DNA of 64,000 bases, from NCBI GenBank assembly GCA_038231275.1, contig JBBRLQ010000022.1:1-64000 (forward strand), read 5' to 3'. Positions 20,421 to 29,569 of this stretch are shown here, in pieces. This DNA is from Polyangiales bacterium. GTDB lineage: Bacteria > Myxococcota_A > Polyangia > Polyangiales > Polyangiaceae. A program made the position numbers and the translations under genes. The stretch's first letter is position 1. Each line of letters opens with the position of its first letter. Below the pieces are notes generated by a model. That model saw nothing but the letters and a program-made list of their open reading frames with translations. It had not been told where the DNA came from and ran no database searches.

Positions 20421-20788
20421 TTGAAGCTCGGCAGGCGCAAGCTCGCCCCGATCCTGCTGGTCGCCGCGCTCGCGCTCATCTGGCTGATCTTCGGACGGAA
20501 GGCCCCGGCCGATCAGGTCGTCCACGTGGTGCTCGGCGATCGCGCGCCGCGCATCACCGCCATCGCGCTTCGCTATACCGCGGAGGGGGAGACGGAGGCC
20601 GCCCGCGAAGCGACGTTCCGCTATGCGCTGGGCCAGGCGCCCCGCATCGTGACGCATGAGCCGCGCCTCGCGGGCGGGAACTACATGGTCGAGATCGAGC
20701 TCAGCGAAGGAAACGATCGCGCAGAGGTGCGACGTAAGGTTAAGCTCGACGGCAGCCCCGTGAGCCTGGACGTCAAAGAGTCTTTGCC

Positions 20789-20792
<4 letters not shown>
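20421..20792 (+). CDS. Hypothetical membrane-anchored protein
   Basis: TTG start abutting the cytochrome stop; N-terminal TM; stop overlaps the next ATG (ATGA). Confidence 0.65.
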
Positions 20793-22168
<1,376 letters not shown>

Positions 22169-22256
22169 CGGTTCGCGGCTGATTTCCCCCTAGATCTGCT
22201 GCGCGGAATGGTTCCGGCAGGCCGGTGGGCCGGGTCGCGCGTAGGCTGTGGGTGGG

Positions 22257-25112
22257 ATGGACGAGGACACAGTAAAGGAGGGGGCGCCGCGGGGTCACAC
22301 GGCGCCACTCGGGCCGTCGCTGACGGCCGCCCCGCGCCCGCCGGTGGTCGCCGGCTACGATCTCCTTCGCGTCCTTGGGCGCGGAGGGATGGGGATCGTC
22401 TGGGAGGCGATCGAGCATCGCCTCGAGCGGCGCGTGGCGCTCAAGGTCCACGCCGGGGAGTGGTCCGCGACCCAGGTCGCGCGCATGTGGTCGGAGGCGC
22501 GCCTCGCCGCGCAGGTCGCCGATCCCGGTGTCGTCGCCGTGCACGATCTCGGCGCGACGATCGACGGCGCGCCTTACTACACGATGGATCTCGTGGAGGG
22601 GACCGATCTGCGCGCGGTCCTCAAAGACGGCCCACTCCCGCAAGCGCGGGTGCTGACGCTCGGCTCGGAGATCGCGCGCGCGCTCGGCGCAGCGCACGAG
22701 CGCGGGATCGTGCACCGCGATCTCAAGCCCGCCAACGTCCTCGTCGACGCGGTCGGGCGGCCGCGGATCTTGGACTTCGGTCTCGCCTACAGCAAGGCTG
22801 CGGGACGGGATCTGTTCGAGAGCGCGATCATCGGGACGCCCGCGTACATGGCGCCGGAGCAGCTCGCCGGCGAGGCGGTGGACGCGCTCGTCGACGTTCA
22901 CGCGATCGGCATCCTCCTCTACGAGATGCTCACCGGCCGCCGCCCCTACGAAGCGCTCACGCGCGAGGAGCTCACGAAGAAAATCCTGGAGCACACGCCC
23001 ACGCCGCCGAGCCAGCTCGCGCCGGGCGTTCACGCCGACGTCGAAGAGATCGTGATGCGCTGCCTCGCGAAGAAGCCGCAGGAGCGCTGGCAGCAAGCGC
23101 GCACGCTCGCCACGACGCTCGACGATCTGGCCCAGGGCCGCCCGCTCCACAAGAGCCTGAGCGCGCGTCCGTCCTTTCGCAAGCTCGCGGCCACGCCGAT
23201 GCCTCCAGGCGAAGGCGAAGAGGGCGAGCGTCACTCGATGGCCGGCGAGGACGGTCTCGTTCGCGACGAGGCTCCCGTTCACTTCACCTGGAAGTGGGAC
23301 CTGCGGGCGAGCCCCGCGGCGATCTGGCCGTTCGTGGCCAACACCGAGCGCCTCAACAAGGCCGCGGGCCTTCGCCCCGTCCGCTTCACCGACACGATCG
23401 AAGAGGACGGAAGCCCGCACCGCACCGGCGAGCTCTCCGCGCTCGGCATGAACGTGCGCTGGCGCGAGCATCCGTTCGAGTGGGTGAAGGATCGCGAGCA
23501 CAGCGTGTTCCGGCGCTACGAGCGCGGGCCGTTCGCGGCGCTGTGGAACCGCGTGCGTCTCGAGCCGAGCAAGACCGGCGGGACCCACCTCGTCCACGAG
23601 GTGTGGCTCTTGCCGCGCGGCGTGATCGGGCACGTGGCGTCGAAGGTAGAGGTGGAGCGCCGCCTCGCGCGGGGGCTCGACAAGGTGTACCGACAGATCG
23701 ACGACGCGCTGGCGTCGGGAGGCGGGCAAGATCCGTTCGAGCCGCCGCATCAACCGACCGAGGCGCAGCGGGCTCACGTCGAGCGCAGCGTGCTCGCGCT
23801 GGAGCGACGCGGCGTCGGCGGCGCGCTCGTGAAACGCCTGGCGGCTCTCCTCCTCGAAGCGCCCGGCAAACGCCTCGAGCGCCTTCGACCGTACGAGCTC
23901 GCAGACCTCTGGAGCGCGCCACGCGAGGACGTGCTCGATCTCTTCCTCCACGCCGCCAACGCCGGATTGCTCGATCTCGCGTGGGACGTCATCTGCCCGC
24001 GCTGCCTCGGCCCCCACGAGTCCGCGCTCGGCCTCGGGACGATCGCGCGCGAGGCGACGTGCGGCCCGTGTGCGACGCGCTACGAGCGCGACCTCGCGGA
24101 GTCGGTGGAGCTGATTTTTCGCCCGCACCCCGAGGTGCGACACGTCGAGCTCGAGAGCTACTGCGCGGGCGCGCCGGGTTTGCGTCCTCACGTCTTCGCG
24201 CAGCAGCGCCTGGCGCCGGGAGAGACGCGCCGCCTCGTCGTGCGGCTGCCCGCGGGCACGTTCCGTCTCTCTCGCGCGCGCGGCCACGGCTGGGACTTCA
24301 CCGCGAGCGCGTGCGGATTTCTCGCCGACGCCACCGCGCACATCGAAGACGCGGCCATCGCGGCGAGGCCTGCCGTCGTCCGTACCGGCGACGTCGCCTT
24401 CACGCTCACCAACGACACTGCCCACGAGGAGCTCGTTCGCATCGAGATCCCCGGCGCGCGCGGCGACGGGGTCAGCGCCGCCGTCGCGATGACGACGCCG
24501 TTCTTCCGGGATTTTTTCTCGAACGAGGTGCTCGCCGAGGGAGAGCACGTCGCCATTCGGCGCCTTGCGTTCCTGTTCCTCGAGGCGGACGGAGGCGGGC
24601 GGGTGCTCCGCGACAAAGGAGACGCGGCGGCGTGGAGCGCGATGCAGCGCCTCGATGTGCTGGTCCTCGCGGAGGCGCGAGCTCATCGTGGCGCCGTCGC
24701 GCCGTCGGCAGCGGGGTCGTACCTGGTCGCGTTCAGCACGGCCGGGCACGCCGCGGCGGCCGCGGTGGCGATCTTGAAAGGCGCGGTGGAGGCAGGCCTC
24801 GATCTTGGCGCCCGCGCGGCGCTGCACGAAGGGCCGTGCATCGCGCTCACCCGCGGCGCGAGGCCCGAATATTTCGGTCGAACACTGCACCGCGGCGCGC
24901 ACCTCGTCGCCGACGCCGCGCCGGGAGGGCTCGCCCTCTCTGCCGCGGTCGCCGCGGATCGCGACGTCATCACCGAGCTCCTCGCCGCGGGCGCGCGCCT
25001 CGAGGTCGTGACGAGCACCTCCGGTCCCTACGCGGGCTCCCGCGTCACGCGCGCCGTCATCGACGCCGCACCGACCGCCGAGCCCGCCGTCAAAACAGCG
25101 CCGACACCGTGA
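22257..25112 (+). CDS. Ser/Thr kinase fused to SRPBCC-like, DUF5939-like Zn-binding and degenerate class III nucleotide cyclase domains
   Basis: Kinase LGRGGMGIV, HRDLKPANV, DFGLA, YMAPEQ; then NTERLNKAAG..WREHPFEW; WDVICPRC..CGPC..VELIF..YCAGAP; then cyclase-like HEGPCIA..EYFGRT. Confidence 0.85.
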   Translation: MDEDTVKEGAPRGHTAPLGPSLTAAPRPPVVAGYDLLRVLGRGGMGIVWEAIEHRLERRVALKVHAGEWSATQVARMWSEARLAAQVADPGVVAVHDLGATIDGAPYYTMDLVEGTDLRAVLKDGPLPQARVLTLGSEIARALGAAHERGIVHRDLKPANVLVDAVGRPRILDFGLAYSKAAGRDLFESAIIGTPAYMAPEQLAGEAVDALVDVHAIGILLYEMLTGRRPYEALTREELTKKILEHTPTPPSQLAPGVHADVEEIVMRCLAKKPQERWQQARTLATTLDDLAQGRPLHKSLSARPSFRKLAATPMPPGEGEEGERHSMAGEDGLVRDEAPVHFTWKWDLRASPAAIWPFVANTERLNKAAGLRPVRFTDTIEEDGSPHRTGELSALGMNVRWREHPFEWVKDREHSVFRRYERGPFAALWNRVRLEPSKTGGTHLVHEVWLLPRGVIGHVASKVEVERRLARGLDKVYRQIDDALASGGGQDPFEPPHQPTEAQRAHVERSVLALERRGVGGALVKRLAALLLEAPGKRLERLRPYELADLWSAPREDVLDLFLHAANAGLLDLAWDVICPRCLGPHESALGLGTIAREATCGPCATRYERDLAESVELIFRPHPEVRHVELESYCAGAPGLRPHVFAQQRLAPGETRRLVVRLPAGTFRLSRARGHGWDFTASACGFLADATAHIEDAAIAARPAVVRTGDVAFTLTNDTAHEELVRIEIPGARGDGVSAAVAMTTPFFRDFFSNEVLAEGEHVAIRRLAFLFLEADGGGRVLRDKGDAAAWSAMQRLDVLVLAEARAHRGAVAPSAAGSYLVAFSTAGHAAAAAVAILKGAVEAGLDLGARAALHEGPCIALTRGARPEYFGRTLHRGAHLVADAAPGGLALSAAVAADRDVITELLAAGARLEVVTSTSGPYAGSRVTRAVIDAAPTAEPAVKTAPTP

Positions 25113-26349
25113 TGCCGAGGATGTACGCGCGCGCGTTGCCGATCGGCTGACCGCCGAGCGTGAACTCGTCGTACGAGAGGACGAGCATGTCGCCGGACAG
25201 CCCGGCGCGGAAGCTCTCCATGATGCCGAGGATCCGCCCGTTCTTGGCCTGCGCCGTGTACATCACGCGCGCGCCGACCAGCCAACTCGAGAACGGCGAC
25301 AGCTCGCGGTCGCCGGTCCAGTACTGCCCCTTCGGCCCGAGCGGGCGATCGCCGCCCGTGTAGTCGTCGCTCCAGAAGAGCGCGCCCGACTGCTTGTAGT
25401 AGCGACCGCGCGCCATCACGCGGAGCGACTCGCCGAGGTATTTTTCGAACTCCGCCTCCACCGTGAGGCTTCGGACGTCCCAGGTGTCGTAATACCCGCG
25501 CACGCCGAGGCGCGCCGCCGCCTTGATCGGCTTCAAGAACAGGTTCCCGCGCACGGCCAGTGCCTCGCGCGCTCGGTTCTCCGGCTCGTGCTCCTGCGCC
25601 TTCAGCCCTTCGCCGAGGATGACGCTGCGGTACGGGCTGCTCTGGAACCCGCTGTTCACCTGCGCGGTGTAGACGAGCTGGGTGACGAAGATCGGCGTCC
25701 ACGCCTGCGACCACGTGCCCTGGAACCCGTCGACGCCGATGTCGCGGGTCGTGCGGAGGGGATTGCTCTTCGTGAAGCAGCCGTTCGAGTCCTCGAGCGC
25801 GCGCCAGCGGGCCGGCGCATCGTTTGCAGACTGCACGCGATCGCACACGCGATCGAAGTTCCGCGCGTAGCTGATCTCGAACTGCGAGTTGTGCTCGTAG
25901 GTGTCGGTGCGTGCGGCGACGTTGAACGAGTTGGATTTGTAGTCGTTCTCCGTCGAGTACGCGTACCCGCCGGTGAGCTCCACGTTCTCCTTTTTCAACG
26001 TGAAGCCGCCGCGCGCCATGTTGCGGAGATCGTGGACGCTCGCGGCGGTGACGACGTCTGCACCCGGGTGCGTGTTCTGGTACGCCGGGCCCGCCTTCAC
26101 CGCGATGCTGGCGCCGCTGACGACGTCGGCCTCCCATCCCGCGCGGATCTTGAGCCAGTCGGTCGGCGCGACCTCGAGATCGGCGCCCGGCGTGTACACG
26201 GTCATCTTGGTGCGCGTCGGCGACTCGTGGAAGAGCGTGTGCGTCGTGTCGAACGTGACGACCTCCGCGCGTGCGGGGGCCGCCGTCGCGACGAGCGCCG
26301 CGATCCCTGCCCCGACGAGCGCGACGAGGCGACTCAGTTGCACCCGCAC
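25090..26349 (-). CDS. DUF3570-family outer-membrane beta-barrel protein
   Basis: Signal peptide ending ARA-E; ADVVSGAS, STENDYKS, RGYYDTWD, RYYKQSGA, DRELSPFSS; C-terminal F. Start overlaps the DUF4266 3' end. Confidence 0.82.
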   Translation of the reverse strand: MRVQLSRLVALVGAGIAALVATAAPARAEVVTFDTTHTLFHESPTRTKMTVYTPGADLEVAPTDWLKIRAGWEADVVSGASIAVKAGPAYQNTHPGADVVTAASVHDLRNMARGGFTLKKENVELTGGYAYSTENDYKSNSFNVAARTDTYEHNSQFEISYARNFDRVCDRVQSANDAPARWRALEDSNGCFTKSNPLRTTRDIGVDGFQGTWSQAWTPIFVTQLVYTAQVNSGFQSSPYRSVILGEGLKAQEHEPENRAREALAVRGNLFLKPIKAAARLGVRGYYDTWDVRSLTVEAEFEKYLGESLRVMARGRYYKQSGALFWSDDYTGGDRPLGPKGQYWTGDRELSPFSSWLVGARVMYTAQAKNGRILGIMESFRAGLSGDMLVLSYDEFTLGGQPIGNARAYILGITVSALF

Positions 26350-26546
26350 CCTCCGCCCACGGCGCTCGATCCGCCGTAGGCCCCTTCGCGATTCTCCAGC
26401 GCGTGCCGCAGCTGCGCGGCCGCGTGCGGGTCCCCTTCGAACTGCATCACCGGATCGGCGAGCACGGCGCGCTCCTGCGGCTTTACCGTCACGCACCCAA
26501 ATGTGCTCGCCGCAATTACGATACAAATCATACGGACGGGGATCAT
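26334..26546 (-). CDS. DUF4266-family small lipoprotein
   Basis: GC-VTVKPQERAVLADPVM...REGAYGG....GGGCGCN* is the characteristic DUF4266 pattern. Confidence 0.88.
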   Translation of the reverse strand: MIPVRMICIVIAASTFGCVTVKPQERAVLADPVMQFEGDPHAAAQLRHALENREGAYGGSSAVGGGCGCN

Positions 26547-26547
26547 C

Positions 26548-27336
26548 TTAGAAGTAAACTCCCATCCCACCGGAGTAGGTCTGCGCGTTCTTGAACGAGT
26601 CGGCCGTGAAGAGCGTGAGGTTCGTCACCTCGACGCGGACGAGGATGCGCCCGCGCAGCGCCAGCAAGAACCCGCCGCCCGCGCGTCCCGCGTAGAGGTC
26701 CTGCCGCTTCAAGACGAACGAGTCGGAGTTCGGGAAGACGCTGAGGCCGCCGCCGCCGATGCCGACGAAGGGCGAGAGCGGCCAGCTCGGCGCGAGGTGC
26801 ACGGTCACGCCACCCCCGTAGAGGATCTGCGCGCCGTCGGCCGTGAGGGCGTCGCCGATGAAGCCGTCCAGCGTGATCGTCTTGTGGAGCACGAGCGACG
26901 GGCGCGCCTCGATGTACCCGAATCCTTGCACGCCGCGATCGGTGATCGGGATCCTGAGCATGCCTGCCACGATGGCGAGGCCGCCCCGCGCGCCCTCGAG
27001 CGGGGGCGGCGCGAAGAGCCCGGGCCGCGACGGCGCGTCCGCCTCGCCGGCCTTCACGGCGAACGGCTGTACCTCGTCCCCGAGCGCGTACGCCGCGCGT
27101 CCGTCGGGCAAGATGACGCGAAGCCAGAATCCTCCGCCCGTCCGCCCGTCGAGCGCGAGCGTCTCTCCTCGGTGCGCGGTGTAGATGACGCGGTACGAGA
27201 CGCCCGGCCCCGACCGGATCTCCGCGGCGTCGACCACCACGCGGGCGAACGCCTCCGGTTCTCCATCGGCCCGGGCCGGCGCGCTCGCGAGGAGGACCCA
27301 CGCGGAGACGAGCAGCGCGAAGAGTCGGGCGATCAT
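26548..27336 (-). CDS. Secreted SH3b-domain protein with C-terminal outer-membrane beta-barrel
   Basis: Signal ending ARA-D; IRSGPGVSYRVI...WLRV (SH3b); amphipathic strands ending GMGVYF. Confidence 0.75.
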   Translation of the reverse strand: MIARLFALLVSAWVLLASAPARADGEPEAFARVVVDAAEIRSGPGVSYRVIYTAHRGETLALDGRTGGGFWLRVILPDGRAAYALGDEVQPFAVKAGEADAPSRPGLFAPPPLEGARGGLAIVAGMLRIPITDRGVQGFGYIEARPSLVLHKTITLDGFIGDALTADGAQILYGGGVTVHLAPSWPLSPFVGIGGGGLSVFPNSDSFVLKRQDLYAGRAGGGFLLALRGRILVRVEVTNLTLFTADSFKNAQTYSGGMGVYF

Positions 27337-27848
27337 GGCTTGGTGGCCCAGGTGCGGATGACGTCGACGATCGGATCGTCCTTCGCGAACACGGCTCGCG
27401 GGTGGTTCGAGCCGGTCGGCCGGATGAAGAGCGGCGCCGTCAGGTAATCGCGGCTCATCTCGATCGACGCGGCCTCCAGGTTCCCCTTGGCGGCGTTCAC
27501 GACGACGCCGACCGGATGATCGCCGCCGCCGCAGTCGACCGGATCGTGATTGACGAGCGCGAGCCCCGAGACCGCCGACGAGTTGAAGTGACAGCCGTTC
27601 GCGCCGTCGCCGGCTCCTTGATCCCCCGAGCCGCACTTGCGCGCGAAGAGGAGCTCCGGCTCGACGTGGCAGAAGAAGTAGTCCTGGTTGAACTGCTCCT
27701 GCGGCACGACGAAGTTCGTCCCAGGATCGACCGTCGTGCACGCGAAGCTCGGTGCGCCGATCGAAAGAGCAAGGATGAGCCCTCCGACGCCGAAGGGGGC
27801 GACCCCGCCGAGCCCGGCGTGCCGTCTTCCTCCTCCTCCGTCGTCCAC
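27333..27848 (-). CDS. Lipoprotein, possible atypical c-type cytochrome (CX13CH)
   Basis: Lipobox-like SFAC; YFFCHVEPELL..KC(X13)CH; PTGSNHP; IRTWA. Stop overlaps the next start. Start codon uncertain. Confidence 0.6.
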   Translation of the reverse strand: MDDGGGGRRHAGLGGVAPFGVGGLILALSIGAPSFACTTVDPGTNFVVPQEQFNQDYFFCHVEPELLFARKCGSGDQGAGDGANGCHFNSSAVSGLALVNHDPVDCGGGDHPVGVVVNAAKGNLEAASIEMSRDYLTAPLFIRPTGSNHPRAVFAKDDPIVDVIRTWATKP

Positions 27849-28186
27849 GCGTCCGACGATACGCCACCGGGAAATCGCCCCGCAACTTCCACTCGCGGCC
27901 GTGTGCCTCTGCCCGCGGTTTCGTGTTCGCGCCGACACACACGCACTTCTTGCTCGCCACCACCAACCACGGTCATTTGCGCGTGATTGTTTTTCTTTGT
28001 CGTTTCGTTGCCCTACACGCGCCCACCTGGAACGAGCATTGCGATGACGGTTGGTCGCTTTTCCTTGATCGCATCGGCTCCGGGTCTGTAGAAGTTGGAC
28101 CCCCGGGTACAAGCTGTCGTAGCCTATCTTACATGTAGGGCGTAGTCGGCCCCACCTGCCGCAACCCTGCTGGAGAACGCCACGAA

Positions 28187-28330
28187 ATGAAGAAGCTGAC
28201 CCCCTGGTACCTCGTCGCCCTCGCGCCTATCGCGGTGGCGGGCTGTAGCGGTGCCTTTCTCGGGCAAGTTACGGTGCTGGTGGTGACCGTGGCGATTTTT
28301 GTCGGGACGTTGAGCTTGGGGCGGGCCTGA
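28187..28330 (+). CDS. 47-aa small membrane lipoprotein (not in the ORF track)
   Basis: GGAG RBS; MKKLTPWYLVALAPIAVAGC-SGAFLGQVTVLVVTVAIFVGTLSLGRA*; lipobox followed by a second hydrophobic helix. Confidence 0.7.
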   Translation: MKKLTPWYLVALAPIAVAGCSGAFLGQVTVLVVTVAIFVGTLSLGRA

Positions 28331-28483
28331 AGATTCGGTTCGCGTCGTTTAGAGGCGCGCTTTGTTTGTGCGGGCCCTGCGGGCCCCTCCAACACTAGAA
28401 GTGTTGGAGCCCTCCCCGCCTCGCCTTTCGGCGAATCGTGCTTCGCACGGCGAGAAGAGGGAGAGATAGGCTTCGACGGTACG

Positions 28484-29563
28484 ATGGACCCCGAGGGCAG
28501 GCTTAAGCGTCTCGACGAGTTTTCGCTCGTGGATTTGGAGTCGGTTCGGCTCATTCTACGCGGGGATTCGGTCATCGACTGGCATCGGCTGAACCTCTCG
28601 AGCGAGGACGAGGCGCACGAGCTGCTCGTCGCTCAGGAGATGCACCCCGAAGAGCCGGGCGATCGCGCGCGCATGGAGTCGGTGAAGAACGAGGCGATCA
28701 GCTACCTGCGTCGCCACTTCGAGTACCCGATCCCCAAGCCCGTCGAAAAGGCGAGCGTCGAAGAGATGCTCCTCCTCGCGAGCGGCCAGGGTCATCGGCA
28801 GATGTGCGCGTGCACGATCCTGAAGTGCATGCACATCATCCAGCACCTGGACGGGCGCGAGCTCCTGTTCGTGCTGCCGCTCTCCGACCAAGAGGTCTTC
28901 CACGTCGTCGAAGAGAAGGTGTACCGCGTCATCGGATCGATGCTCGCGGGAGGCTTCCCCATCACCGAGTTCATCGGCGGTCGGAAAAACAAGGACTCCC
29001 TCTACACGAAGCTCCTCTCGAAGCAGGAGACCGTGGCCGCTCAGATCTACGACAAGCTGCGCTTCCGCATCGTCACGCGACAGCGAGGCGACGTGTTCCC
29101 GGTCTTGCAGTACCTCACGAAGCGCCTCTTCCCGTTCAACTACGTGATGCCTGGGCAGAGCATCAACTCGATCTTCCAGTTCAAGCAGTTCTGCCAGCAG
29201 AACCCGCACCTCCGGCCGATGCTCCCGGAGATGCAGGCGGGCCGCGACGACGATCTCACGCCGAGCGACAACCGCTTCAGCGCCGAGAACTACCGGATCC
29301 TCCACTTCGTCGTCGACATGCCGGTGCGCCTGCCGCGAAAGATCATGGAGCGCGCGCCGTCGTCGGCGTGGCCGCTCGGATCGATCATCTTCGTCATCTG
29401 CGAGTTCCAGGTCATCGATCGAGAGACCGAGGAGGCGAACGAGCAGGGTGAGGCGTCGCACGCGAAGTACAAGGAGCGCCAGAAGAAGGCGGTCATGCGC
29501 CGCCTCCAGCTCGGCATGCGCGAGATGAAGATCCCACCCCCCAGCCGCCGCCGCAAAAGCTAG
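28484..29563 (+). CDS. TIGR04552-family protein (RelA/SpoT-like nucleotidyltransferase fold)
   Basis: LILRGDSVIDW, KNKDSLYTKLL, IYDKLRFRIVT, YRILHFVVD, EFQVID, ASHAKYKERQ. Confidence 0.8.
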   Translation: MDPEGRLKRLDEFSLVDLESVRLILRGDSVIDWHRLNLSSEDEAHELLVAQEMHPEEPGDRARMESVKNEAISYLRRHFEYPIPKPVEKASVEEMLLLASGQGHRQMCACTILKCMHIIQHLDGRELLFVLPLSDQEVFHVVEEKVYRVIGSMLAGGFPITEFIGGRKNKDSLYTKLLSKQETVAAQIYDKLRFRIVTRQRGDVFPVLQYLTKRLFPFNYVMPGQSINSIFQFKQFCQQNPHLRPMLPEMQAGRDDDLTPSDNRFSAENYRILHFVVDMPVRLPRKIMERAPSSAWPLGSIIFVICEFQVIDRETEEANEQGEASHAKYKERQKKAVMRRLQLGMREMKIPPPSRRRKS

Positions 29564-29569
29564 GGAGCG

